NCBI GenBank assembly: GCA_041394265.1
Contig: JAWKIO010000005.1
Coordinates: forward strand, 925,976 to 989,975
Source of the DNA: Acidimicrobiales bacterium
Lineage (GTDB): Bacteria > Actinomycetota > Acidimicrobiia > Acidimicrobiales > SZUA-35
Length of the DNA stretch: 64,000 bases
Reading direction: 5' to 3'
In this document: positions 44,594 through 53,749 of the stretch, in pieces
Numbering within the stretch: position 1 is the first letter of the stretch
Layout of the letters: each line of letters begins with the position of its first letter
Notes under the pieces: model-generated
What the model was told of the DNA's origin: nothing
The model's input: only the letters and a program-made list of their open reading frames with translations
The model's database searches: none
Made by a program: the position numbers and the translations under genes

Positions 44594-45263
44594 CGGCCGG
44601 GAGGAACGCTCGCACCCACGCGTCGTAGCCAGCGTCGTTCGGGTGGAACCCGTCAGGCGCCATCTTGCCCCGCCAGCCCGCCATCTCGGCCGAGACGTCG
44701 GCGACGGCCACACCTCGCTCCCGACCCGACGCGCGCACGACTGCGCTGAGCCGGCGAGCCAGCATCGATCCATGATCGGGCAGCGTGGCGACAACGGCAT
44801 TGACGGGGAGCACCTCGACCAGGCGGCGCATTCGAGCCGCGTGCGTTGCCGGGTTCAGACCTCGGAGCAGATCGTTGCTGCCGACGGTCACGGTCACCAC
44901 GGCCGGTTCGACGCCCAGACGCTCGAGGGTGGGCAGCTGCCGATCGAGCACGTCGGAGATCTTTGCTCCCGACGCCGAGAGGTTCAGCACCGTCGCTCGA
45001 TCCTGGAGTGCCTCGGCGAGGCGACCGACGTACCCGTGGTCGACCGAGGTCGCCCCGATGCCCTGCGCCAGGGAGTCGCCGAGCGCAACGAGCAGTGGTT
45101 GATCGGAATCGAGCGCAAGCAGGTTGCGGCGATGCCACTCGGCTGCGAACGCTTCGATCTGTTCACCCGTCCGGCGCACGCCGGGAACCACCGTGCCGAG
45201 GGTGCGCACCAGGAGGCCCGGTCGGACGGGCTCGGGCAGCGGGAGTCGGGTGGAGATGTCCAT
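44574..45263 (-). CDS. SGNH/GDSL hydrolase family protein
   Basis: From ATG 45263 (MDISTRLPLPEP). Block I LVALGDSLAQG, block III GSND, block V DGFHPNDAGY. Confidence 0.8.
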   Translation of the reverse strand: MDISTRLPLPEPVRPGLLVRTLGTVVPGVRRTGEQIEAFAAEWHRRNLLALDSDQPLLVALGDSLAQGIGATSVDHGYVGRLAEALQDRATVLNLSASGAKISDVLDRQLPTLERLGVEPAVVTVTVGSNDLLRGLNPATHAARMRRLVEVLPVNAVVATLPDHGSMLARRLSAVVRASGRERGVAVADVSAEMAGWRGKMAPDGFHPNDAGYDAWVRAFLPAVSEKLG

Positions 45264-45321
45264 TGCCCGAGTATCGGCCGGCGCGACCTCGTGCTGAAGA
45301 ACCGGGCGACGATCGCCCACG

Positions 45322-46734
45322 CTACGAGGTGACCTGACCCCGTCCGGCGCTCGTGCCCGCCGGGAAGCCAAAGGCGATCACCGCTGCGCTCAGGTAGTAC
45401 ATCGCCGTCACCCAGCCCCACGCGAGGCGGAAGCCCCCGATGCCCGAGCGAGAAGCGAGCAGGGTGATCACCACCGAGATCCCGAGGGCGTAGAACACCT
45501 GCTGAGTGGTGCGGATCGACGCATTCGCCGTACCGAATTGTGCCGGATCGACATCGCTCAGGCCGGCGCTCGACCAGGTCGAGATCGACGTCCCGACACC
45601 GAATCCGAGCAGCAGGCTGATGGGAACGTAGCGGTCGAACACGTGGGGCTCTGCGTCGAGTAGCAGCTGGAAGAGCAGGAAGGCCGTGCCACAGCACAGC
45701 GACCCGGCCATCAGGATCCAGCGGTGGCCGATCCGGTCGGCCATGCGCCCGGCGATCGGCGACAGGACCGCCGAGGTGCCGGCAGAGAAGACCAGCGCCT
45801 TGCCGGTGGTCGTGATCGACTGGTCCCACAGGTCCTGAAGCACGAGCGAATTGACCAGGAAGCCCGAGGTGAAGGCCATCGAGTAGAACGCCAAGCCGGC
45901 GTTCGTGCTCGAGAACGAACGCTTCCGGAACAGGTTGAGCTCGATCAGCGGCTCGGGATGGCGGCTCGATCGCCGGATCAGGACAGGAACGAGCGCCAAC
46001 CCGACGACGAACATGGCGAGGACACGCACATCGCCGATGCCACGGGTCTCGCTCTGCACGATCGCGAACATGACGAGGAAGACCGCCGCGGTGCCGATGG
46101 CAACGCCCAGAAGATCGATCTTCCCCGTGGCCGCCGGGTTCTTCGACTCGCGGAGCAATCTCGGACTCAACACCAAGACGACGAGACACAGTGGCACGTT
46201 GATGAAGAAGATGCCTCGCCACGACCAAACATCGATGAGCAGCGATCCGACGGCAGGCCCGAACACCCCGCCGAGCCCGGCGGTGGCGCCAGTGATCCCA
46301 ATCGCCATGCTGCGCTTCGCCACCGGGAACTCGGGGAGGACCACGGCGATCGCCGTCGGCGACACGATGGCCCCACCGATCGCCTGGACCACCCGAGCGA
46401 GGATCAGCACGTTCGTGTTGGGCGCCAGCCCGCACAACAGTGAACCCAGGCCGAAGATGGCGACGCCCGGCATGAACATCTTCTTGCGACCGAGGCTGTC
46501 GGCGAGGCGCCCGCTCACCATGAGCAGCGCAGCGACCGTGATGTTGTAGCCCGACAGAATCCAGCCAAGCGTGGTTTCATCGACCTCGAAGTCTCGGCCA
46601 ATCGACGGGAAGGCCACATTGACGGCCGAGACATCGACCACGACGAGGAAGAAGACGAGCGTGGCGATGATCAACGCCAGCCACGCCTCGCGCGGGATGT
46701 GGTCGGTTGCGTTGGGAGCAGCGGCGGTCGTCAC
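45322..46734 (-). CDS. MFS transporter, DHA2 (14-TMS) family
   Basis: 470 aa. VDVSAVNVAFPSIGRDF...GRLADSLGRKKMF motif A. 14-helix length. Confidence 0.85.
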   Translation of the reverse strand: MTTAAAPNATDHIPREAWLALIIATLVFFLVVVDVSAVNVAFPSIGRDFEVDETTLGWILSGYNITVAALLMVSGRLADSLGRKKMFMPGVAIFGLGSLLCGLAPNTNVLILARVVQAIGGAIVSPTAIAVVLPEFPVAKRSMAIGITGATAGLGGVFGPAVGSLLIDVWSWRGIFFINVPLCLVVLVLSPRLLRESKNPAATGKIDLLGVAIGTAAVFLVMFAIVQSETRGIGDVRVLAMFVVGLALVPVLIRRSSRHPEPLIELNLFRKRSFSSTNAGLAFYSMAFTSGFLVNSLVLQDLWDQSITTTGKALVFSAGTSAVLSPIAGRMADRIGHRWILMAGSLCCGTAFLLFQLLLDAEPHVFDRYVPISLLLGFGVGTSISTWSSAGLSDVDPAQFGTANASIRTTQQVFYALGISVVITLLASRSGIGGFRLAWGWVTAMYYLSAAVIAFGFPAGTSAGRGQVTS

Positions 46735-46774
46735 ACCGGCGTTCTAGCTCATTCTCCGACGCAAACGTCAACCC

Positions 46775-47551
46775 TCAGGTAGTGGCGCTCGAGCGGTCGA
46801 TCACCATGAACGCCGCTCCCCACGGATCGACCAGCGAGACGGACCGCCCAAAGGGTGTGTCCATCGGCGGCATCGTCACGGACCCTCCCCGGCTCGCCGT
46901 CAGTTCTGCTGCTGCGTCGGCGTCGGGCACCGAGAACGACACGCCCCAGTGAGAAGGAACGGCCGCGGGCACCTCATCGCCCATGGCCATCAACCCGGCA
47001 ATCGGCTGACCGCCGAGCTCGGCGACTCGGTAGTCCATCGGCCCATCCATCGCCGTGAACGACCAGCCGAACAGCGACCGGTAGAACGCCTCGGAAGCGT
47101 CGGCGTTGCGAGTCCGACAGTCGAACCAACACGGAGCGCCCGGTTCATCCAGCACTCTGATGCCGTTGTCGGCCGACCCTTCGAAGATCCCGAGTGCCGC
47201 GTTGGCCGGGTCGAGCACGATGGCAATCCGCTGCCCGTCGGCGTTGATCACGAACGGCGGCTGCGCCACCATGCCGCCGGCACCGGTGACGGCAGCTGCG
47301 GTGGCGTCGGCGTCATCGACGGCGACATAGACCGTCCACACCGGCGGCATTCCCGCCATCTCGGGCGTGATCTGCATCGCGCCGGCAACCGGCTGGTCAC
47401 CGCTCATGAACATTCGGTAGGGCGAACCTTCGACCTCGAACACCGACCATCCCATCAGGTCGCCGTAGAAGGAGGTGGCACCTTCGATGTCAGACGCGGC
47501 GAGATCGGTCCAACTGATGGTGTGCGTGGGGTGACGGTCGATTCGAGTCAT
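46775..47551 (-). CDS. VOC family protein (two glyoxalase-like domains)
   Basis: From ATG 47551 (MTRIDRHPTHTISWTDLAASD...). Two repeats of the pattern F-Y..L.GW......Y......G..V.G (FYGDLMGWSV..., FYRSLFGWSF...). Confidence 0.8.
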   Translation of the reverse strand: MTRIDRHPTHTISWTDLAASDIEGATSFYGDLMGWSVFEVEGSPYRMFMSGDQPVAGAMQITPEMAGMPPVWTVYVAVDDADATAAAVTGAGGMVAQPPFVINADGQRIAIVLDPANAALGIFEGSADNGIRVLDEPGAPCWFDCRTRNADASEAFYRSLFGWSFTAMDGPMDYRVAELGGQPIAGLMAMGDEVPAAVPSHWGVSFSVPDADAAAELTASRGGSVTMPPMDTPFGRSVSLVDPWGAAFMVIDRSSATT

Positions 47552-47596
47552 GGCGACACCGTAAGCGCGCCAACGACCGTCCCGCCCGACGAGCAA

Positions 47597-48823
47597 TCAA
47601 CGATGGCCAGGGGCCATGTAGAACCACACCGGATGCGGTGCACCCTGTTCCTTGATCGCCGCTCGGGCCGCCATGATGGTCTTGCCCGCCTCGGTCTGTT
47701 CGTAGAACCACGCCTCGGCGGCACGTCCATCGGGCGGCGGGCCGTCAACCAGTTCGAGCGCCGCCTCCTCGTAGTAGGTGCGGATGTCGTGACAGATCGC
47801 GGTGGTGTTGCCGCCCGGGATCCCCGCCTCCTTCCACGCCGCACCGTTGGCGATCGCGTCGAACACCGCAAGCGCTCCGGGAATGCCGTCGGGCTCGACG
47901 ACGCGTCCGACCGAGGTCACCCCGCGCCGGGCTCGAGCCCGGTCGAACGCCTTGCGAAGCCCGTTGGCCTCGTCGACCGAAGCCGGCAGCTTCGGGTCGA
48001 ATCGAGGCGGCAGCGTGCAGGTGAGCGGAATCTCGTCGGCAGTGATGGTGACCGGGTGGTCGACGAGCACGGGTCCCGACGGCTCGGCGAGCAGCGCGAA
48101 CGCACGAGTGAGCACGTCATGCTGGAACTCGCTGTCACTCGGCCGACCGAGTGGCCGACCGAGCGGGAAGTCGCAGTACAAGGCCCGAGGCGGAGCGATG
48201 CGCTCGGCGACCGAGCGGGTCGAGGCCAATACGACGGTGGCGATTCCGGCGGCTTCGAAGACGTGGGCGAGCGTACTCACGGTACGCGTGCAAAGCGGTC
48301 AAACGGGGGTGAGCACCACCACGTCGACACCGTCGGCGGCCAGCTCGCCCGCCGCTCGCGGCCCCGAGTCGAGGCGGATGGTCGAGACGTCGTCGGGCTG
48401 GTTGCCGGCGAACGAGGCGTGACGGGGTGCGACGGCGCCGATGATCCCCTGCGCCGCAAGCTCGTCGAGGCGATCGATCGGGTAGACGACATTGAGGTCG
48501 ATGGCCACGCCGGTGCGGTCGAAGTTCGGACTCCAATGACCGAGCACGAGGTCGCGTGCATCGGACGGGAGCAAGCGATAGCTGGTGTCACCAGCCGCGA
48601 AGGGGTCATCACTCGTTCGGTGCAACGCCGCGGAGGTGACGATGGCGACGGTCGACTCGCTCAGTGGTTTCGGCTGGACCCACGGCGTGGTGTCGAAGGT
48701 CGGCACCGGCAGTGCGTCGCCAAGGCTCCTCATCTTCGAATCGCCGGTGGCGCTGGACTCGCTGCTGGCTGACATCTCCTCAGCTTGCTGGACGCAAGGA
48801 GTCGAGGCAACTCGTTCGTTCAC
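47597..48823 (-). CDS. GrdB/PrdB-family protein with in-frame TGA at 48301-48299: second candidate selenoprotein (paralog of 29522-30442)
   Basis: Track ORFs 48299-48823 and 47597-48280 share one frame (48301-48280 = 21). Read-through gives ...VDVVVLTPV-U-PLCTRTVSTLAHVFEAAGIATVVLASTRSVAERIAPPRALYCDFPLGRPLGRP... It aligns with the other copy at D-VV-L-PV-U-P-x-C, EAAG, TV-L, ER--PPR-L and PLG. Start uncertain: GTG 48823, ATG 48775 or ATG 48733. Confidence 0.65.
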
Positions 48824-48863
48824 TCACCTGGTGCGCGACCGGGAGACCCGGCAGACTCACCGC

Positions 48864-49508
48864 ATGGAATTCGACCTCGCCCAGACCGACGCCCTCCTCT
48901 CGACCACCCGCGCCGTGCGCAAGCGCCTCGACTTCGACCGCGAGGTCCCCGACGACGTCCTGCTCGAGTGCCTGCAGCTCGCCGTGCAAGCACCGACGGG
49001 ATCCAACCGGCAGGGCTGGCGCTGGATGGTCATCCGCGACGCCGAGAAGAAGCTGGCGCTGGCCGACATCTACCGCCGTGTGGGTGGCGCCTACCTGGCC
49101 GAGGCGGCCAAGACCACCGAGGCCGGGTCGCAAACCGGACGCGTCATGGACTCGGCGAACTTCCTGGCCGAGAACCTCGAGCGTGTTCCGGTCATGGTGA
49201 TCCCGCTCATCATCGGACGACTCGACGACGGCACCACCAACTCGGCTGCGGGGCTCCTCGGATCGATCATTCCTGCCATGTGGAGCTTCCAACTGGCCCT
49301 GCGCAGCCGGGGATTGGGCAGCTGCTACACCACGCTCCATCTCGGCGCCGAAGCCGAGGCCGCCGAGCTCTTGGGCATCCCCGACCACATGACCCAGGCC
49401 GGGTTGCTGCCGGTCGCCTACACCCTCGGCACCGACTTCAAGCCGGCCAACCGTCCGCCCGTCGAGGAGATCACCTACCTCGACACCTACAAGAACCCCA
49501 TCCGCTGA
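48864..49508 (+). CDS. nitroreductase family protein
   Basis: From ATG 48864: MEFDLAQTDALLSTTRAVRKRLDFDREVPDDVLLECLQLAVQAPTGSNRQGWRWMVI is the classic nitroreductase N-terminus. 214 aa. Confidence 0.85.
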   Translation: MEFDLAQTDALLSTTRAVRKRLDFDREVPDDVLLECLQLAVQAPTGSNRQGWRWMVIRDAEKKLALADIYRRVGGAYLAEAAKTTEAGSQTGRVMDSANFLAENLERVPVMVIPLIIGRLDDGTTNSAAGLLGSIIPAMWSFQLALRSRGLGSCYTTLHLGAEAEAAELLGIPDHMTQAGLLPVAYTLGTDFKPANRPPVEEITYLDTYKNPIR

Positions 49509-49522
49509 GGCCCAGTCGTCGC

Positions 49523-49553
49523 CGCTCGGCGTCGCAAGTCGAGACGCCGAGCG
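49523..49553 (+). terminator. hairpin after the nitroreductase gene (candidate terminator)
   Basis: 11-bp perfect stem CGCTCGGCGTC (49523-49533) / GACGCCGAGCG (49543-49553), 9-nt loop, followed by ACATTTC (short T run). Begins 15 nt after the stop. Confidence 0.45.
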
Positions 49554-49598
49554 ACATTTCCCACCGTTTCGGAGACCCCGGGCGTCAGAACTGACGCT

Positions 49599-49653
49599 CA
49601 GGGTCTCGAGAACGGCAGGGTCTCGAGAACGGGCAGGGTTTCGGGAACGGCGG
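49599..49653. repeat. 17-20-bp imperfect tandem repeat x3 (CAGGGTCTCGAGAACGG)
   Basis: CAGGGTCTCGAGAACGG (49599-49615), CAGGGTCTCGAGAACGGG (49616-49633), CAGGGTTTCGGGAACGGCGG (49634-49653). Lies in the convergent intergenic region. Confidence 0.7.
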
Positions 49654-49656
49654 CGG

Positions 49657-50664
49657 TCAGGCGGGTTTGCGGCCGAACGTGCGGGTGAGGGTGCCGGCGA
49701 CGAAGTCGACGTTCTCGACATCGACGAAACCGGCGGCTTCGAAGTAGCCGATGCACTCGGCATCGGAATGAGCCCGACCGCCGCTGCCATAGTTGAGTTC
49801 GGCCAGACCCCACAGTGCCGCGTCGAGGGGTCCCACGCCGTCGGCGTCGAGCGTCTCACCGACGAGATGCATCTCACCGCCCGGCTCCAAGGCATCGAAG
49901 GCCTTGGCCACCACCTTGGCGATGTTCTTCGCGTCATAGATCGGCAGGTTCGATGCCATGACCACGACATCGCAGCCCTGCGGGAGCTCGTCGTTGATGA
50001 AGTCACCGCCGTGCGTCGTGACCCGGTCGGCCACGCCGTTCCGGTCGAGGTACTCCTGGGTGACCACCGTGACCGGCGGGAGGTCGAAGACGACGGCCGA
50101 CAGCCCAGGAAAGGCCTGCACGGCGTTGATCGAGTAGGCCCCCGATCCGCCACCGAGGTCGAGCAGCTTCGTTCGACCGCTCAGGTCGACCTGACGGCAG
50201 AACCGCCGGCCGGCTCCCATGCCGATGCTGTAGGTGGCAGCGTGATAGCGGCGGGCCTGCTCGACGGTGAGATCGTCGTACATGCCGAGCTCACGAGGCG
50301 GGGTCGGGTCGAGGAGCCGTTCGGTCATCGAGAACCACTGGGGTACCTCGGGCCGGGTGAAGTTCATCCACGCGCCGGCGTAGCGATCGGTGCCCTTGAC
50401 GAGGAACTTCTCGCAGTCGGCGGCATTGACGATGCGCCGCTCGTCGTCGTACTCGAGCAGGCCCATGGCCAGTGCCACCGTGACCAGCCGCTCGGCGTTG
50501 AGTTCGCTCATGCCGGTCGCCGTGGCGATCGATGCGATCGAGTCGGCGCCCGCCGAGATGTGGGAGAAGAGGTCGATGTCGATGGCGGCGTAGAACACCG
50601 CCGACTGGGTGAATGCACGGGCGAGGTGCTGGAGGCGGGTGGAGTCGACGCGGGGTTCGGCCAT
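49657..50664 (-). CDS. O-methyltransferase (family 2, with N-terminal dimerisation/wHTH domain)
   Basis: From ATG 50664 (GAAGGAAC RBS): MAEPRVDSTRLQHLARAF... SAM motif LLDLGGGSGAYSINAV and DVVVMASNL. The upstream 110 aa of the track ORF are junk. Confidence 0.85.
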   Translation of the reverse strand: MAEPRVDSTRLQHLARAFTQSAVFYAAIDIDLFSHISAGADSIASIATATGMSELNAERLVTVALAMGLLEYDDERRIVNAADCEKFLVKGTDRYAGAWMNFTRPEVPQWFSMTERLLDPTPPRELGMYDDLTVEQARRYHAATYSIGMGAGRRFCRQVDLSGRTKLLDLGGGSGAYSINAVQAFPGLSAVVFDLPPVTVVTQEYLDRNGVADRVTTHGGDFINDELPQGCDVVVMASNLPIYDAKNIAKVVAKAFDALEPGGEMHLVGETLDADGVGPLDAALWGLAELNYGSGGRAHSDAECIGYFEAAGFVDVENVDFVAGTLTRTFGRKPA

Positions 50665-50683
50665 CGTGAGAGTTCCTTCGGGT

Positions 50684-51556
50684 TCAGTCCTGTTCGGTGC
50701 GGTAGTAGTCGGGTTTGCCGAGCGGCCAGTACTCACCCCACACGTGTTCGCCACCGGTGACATCGAGATGGGTGCCGGTGACGAAGTTGCCCGACGGCGC
50801 CGCCAGATAGATCGCCGCCTGAGCGATGTCCCACACGTCGCCGAGGTGGCGCATCGGGTTGTGACCGAAGCTGGCCTTGGCCTCGGGCGGGTAGTTGGTG
50901 AGTCCCTCGCTGGCGACCACACCGACACCGATCGAGTTGACGCGGATGTCGTACTGGGCCCACTCGACCGCGAGGGTGCGGGTGAGCGCCACACCTCCCG
51001 CTCGAGCGGCCGTGGTGTGCGGAATGCCGATCGACCCTCGGCCCTGGATGGTCGAGATGTTGATGATGTTGCCAGGTGTGGCCTCGGCGGCCCACCGGCG
51101 CGCCGCCTCCTGCATCATGTACCACGGGCCGTAGAGATTGGTTTCGACGACGGCGTTCCATCCCTTCGGCGTGATGTCGAACGCCGGCGCCGAGAACTGA
51201 CCACCGGCGTTGTTGATCACATGGTCGAGCCGACCGTGCTCGGCCCAGGCCGCGTCGATGGTGGCTCGCACGGCGTCGGGATCGCGCACGGTCATCGGAA
51301 TGGTCTGGCAGCCCACGTCGATCGTCGACAGCTTGGCGGCGAGGTCATCGAGGGTTGCTTCGGTGCGCCCGGTGGCGACGATGGTGGCGCCAAGACGACC
51401 GAACAACACCGACATCGCCTGTCCGATCCCGCCGGCCGCACCGGTGATCAGGACCACCTGGTCGGTGAACAGACCGTCGCGGTACACCGTGTCGAGTGAG
51501 CACAGTTCCTCGAACGAGTGGCTGTGGTACGGGTCGACGTCGCGGCGGTTCGCCAT
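50684..51556 (-). CDS. SDR family oxidoreductase
   Basis: From ATG 51556 (MANRRDVDPYHS...). ITGAAGGIGQA cofactor motif and NNAG. Starts 2 nt after the amidase stop. Confidence 0.85.
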   Translation of the reverse strand: MANRRDVDPYHSHSFEELCSLDTVYRDGLFTDQVVLITGAAGGIGQAMSVLFGRLGATIVATGRTEATLDDLAAKLSTIDVGCQTIPMTVRDPDAVRATIDAAWAEHGRLDHVINNAGGQFSAPAFDITPKGWNAVVETNLYGPWYMMQEAARRWAAEATPGNIINISTIQGRGSIGIPHTTAARAGGVALTRTLAVEWAQYDIRVNSIGVGVVASEGLTNYPPEAKASFGHNPMRHLGDVWDIAQAAIYLAAPSGNFVTGTHLDVTGGEHVWGEYWPLGKPDYYRTEQD

Positions 51557-51558
51557 GC

Positions 51559-53049
51559 TCAACTCCAGGTGGGATCGATCGGGCCGGGGACGCCGCAATG
51601 TTGCTCCACCGCCTCGGCGGCGTCGAGACAGCGGTCCTCACGCCAGTGGCTGGAGTAGATCTGCACGCCGGTCGGCATACCGTCATGGACGCCATTGCTC
51701 ATGGCCACGACGGGGAGACCCAGGACGTTGGCAGGCACGATGAACCCGAGGTGGTCGTCGAGCACCCGCATCTCGTTGCCGTCGACGATGTCGGCGCCGT
51801 GCTCGAACGGCACTCGGTTCCACCCCGGCCCGACGACCACCGGCGTGTCGTTGAACATCTCCGCCCACAACCGCATCAGTCGGTGCCGCTCGATGAACAT
51901 GAGTTGGGGCGGGAGCTGGTCGAAGTCGCAGCTGTCGACCAACCGTTGCAGCACCCGGATCTCATCGCTGCCCATGATCGGTTCGAGCAGCGGGATCGAC
52001 ACCGCGAAGTCGAACCCGAGGAGATGGCGCCACAGGTCTTTCGTGCGTTCGATCTCGGGTGGCTCCACCTCGACGACCTCCCACCCCGCTGCCGCGAGAC
52101 CAGCGGCCGCCGCATCGAGTGCGTCGAGCTGTCCCGGTTCGAGTTCGGCGCCGGGCAGCGAGCGGACGAGACCGGCACGACGCAGATACTCACCGCCATC
52201 GACGGGCACCGGCGCGGTGCGGAGATCGAGCGATGTCGGTGGTGCGAGCAGATCGAGCAGGAGGCGAAGGTCCTCGACATGACGGGCGAGCGGGCCCTCG
52301 ACCGACATGAGAGCACCGGAGATCCCGGGATCCAACGGCGGGAGTGACGCCGCCCGCCCGATGCGTCCATAGCCCGGCTTGAGACCCATGACCCCGCAGC
52401 ACAGCGCCGGGTTGCGAATCGAGCCACCGATGTCGTTGCCGAGACCGAACGGCGACATGCCCGAGCCGATGGCCGAACCCTCGCCCCCGCTCGAACCACC
52501 GGCGGTGCGGTCGTGGTGCCATGGGTTGCGGGTCAAACCGCGAAAGGCATTGTCAGTGGATACCCGAAGCCCGAGTTCGGGCATGTTCGTGCGCCCGATC
52601 GGAATCGCGCCGGCCGCCAACACTCGTTCCACGGTCACGGCATCTCGTGGTGGGAACGCCTCGGCCAGTGCCGCCACCGCTTGGGTGGTCGGGAAGCCGA
52701 CCTGATCGATGTTCTCCTTGATCGTGAACGGCACACCGTGCAGCGGCCCGATCCGCTCGCCCAGTCCAGCTCCCTGACCGAAACCCGGGTCTTGGTGCGC
52801 CGTGATGGTGGCGTCCGCAGCGTCGGCGGCGGCCTGCGCTGACTCGGCCATCTCGACCGTGATCGCGTTGAGCCGTGGATTGACGGCGGCGATCCGTTCG
52901 AGGTGAGCATCGATGACCTCGCGGCTCTTCACCTGTTTCGTCTCGATCAGATGAGCGAGGTCGGTGGCTGATCGCTGCCACAGCGCTCGTGTGTCCCCCT
53001 CCCGTGCTGCTGGTACGCCGTCCTCTGTCGCTTCGTCGATTCCCCCCAT
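51559..53049 (-). CDS. amidase (amidase-signature family)
   Basis: From ATG 53049 (MGGIDEATEDG...). AS signature GGSSGGEGSAIGSGMSPFGLGNDIGGSIRNPA. The 213 aa upstream in the track ORF are G/D/V/R-rich non-coding-like sequence. Confidence 0.9.
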   Translation of the reverse strand: MGGIDEATEDGVPAAREGDTRALWQRSATDLAHLIETKQVKSREVIDAHLERIAAVNPRLNAITVEMAESAQAAADAADATITAHQDPGFGQGAGLGERIGPLHGVPFTIKENIDQVGFPTTQAVAALAEAFPPRDAVTVERVLAAGAIPIGRTNMPELGLRVSTDNAFRGLTRNPWHHDRTAGGSSGGEGSAIGSGMSPFGLGNDIGGSIRNPALCCGVMGLKPGYGRIGRAASLPPLDPGISGALMSVEGPLARHVEDLRLLLDLLAPPTSLDLRTAPVPVDGGEYLRRAGLVRSLPGAELEPGQLDALDAAAAGLAAAGWEVVEVEPPEIERTKDLWRHLLGFDFAVSIPLLEPIMGSDEIRVLQRLVDSCDFDQLPPQLMFIERHRLMRLWAEMFNDTPVVVGPGWNRVPFEHGADIVDGNEMRVLDDHLGFIVPANVLGLPVVAMSNGVHDGMPTGVQIYSSHWREDRCLDAAEAVEQHCGVPGPIDPTWS

Positions 53050-53136
53050 GGCGCGGACACTAGTGCATCCAGTCGGGTACTCACCCACGAAGGGGACGTG
53101 AAGACCACTTCGACCCTTCACCCCTGGAGTACCAAC

Positions 53137-53718
53137 ATGTTCAACCTTCGTGGCCTCTTGGCCTTCTTCTTCGCGCTCTCGATGGCGGCGGCTGCTTGCA
53201 GCTCTGACGACTCCGAGGGTGCAACCACCGAAACGACACCCGCTGCGGCCAACGACGAGGGCGCAGCGGAAGAGGAAGTCGTTGCGACCGACGCCGAGGC
53301 GTCGGGCACGATCGTGGACGTCGCCGTCGGCAACCCCGACTTCTCGATCCTGGTGAGTGCCCTCACCGAGGCCGGCTTGGTCGAGACCCTGTCCGGCGAC
53401 GGCCCCTTCACCGTGTTTGCTCCGACCAACGCCGCGTTCGAGCAAGCCCTCGCCGACCTCGGCGTCACCGCCGAAGACCTCCTCGCCCGTGACGACCTGG
53501 CGGACATCCTGACCTATCACGTCGTTCCCGGGAACGTGCTGGCGGCCGATGTCGTGGCGCTCGACGGCACGTCCGTCGCCACCGTCAACGGCGCCGAGGT
53601 CTCGATCAGCGTCGACGGCGACACGGTGATGATCAACGACGCCACCGTCACGACCACCGACATCATCGCGAGCAACGGCGTGATCCACGTGATCGACAGC
53701 GTCTTGCTCCCCGGGTGA
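53137..53718 (+). CDS. fasciclin (FAS1) domain lipoprotein
   Basis: From ATG 53137: MFNLRGLLAFFFALSMAAAAC lipobox. FAS1 motifs TVFAPTNAAF and VIHVIDSVLLP. Confidence 0.85.
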   Translation: MFNLRGLLAFFFALSMAAAACSSDDSEGATTETTPAAANDEGAAEEEVVATDAEASGTIVDVAVGNPDFSILVSALTEAGLVETLSGDGPFTVFAPTNAAFEQALADLGVTAEDLLARDDLADILTYHVVPGNVLAADVVALDGTSVATVNGAEVSISVDGDTVMINDATVTTTDIIASNGVIHVIDSVLLPG

Positions 53719-53749
53719 GCGCAGCGATACTCGTCGCCTCGGGCCGTTC

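Noticed and set aside
46949-48772. 607-aa plus-strand ORF
   Set aside because: Antisense to the VOC gene and the second GrdB-like gene. Arg/Gly/Asp-rich with no recognisable domain.
53050-53688. 213-aa N-terminal extension of the amidase ORF (track start 53688)
   Set aside because: The extension is a G/D/V/R low-complexity sequence antisense to the fasciclin gene. The amidase homology starts at MGGIDEAT (53049).
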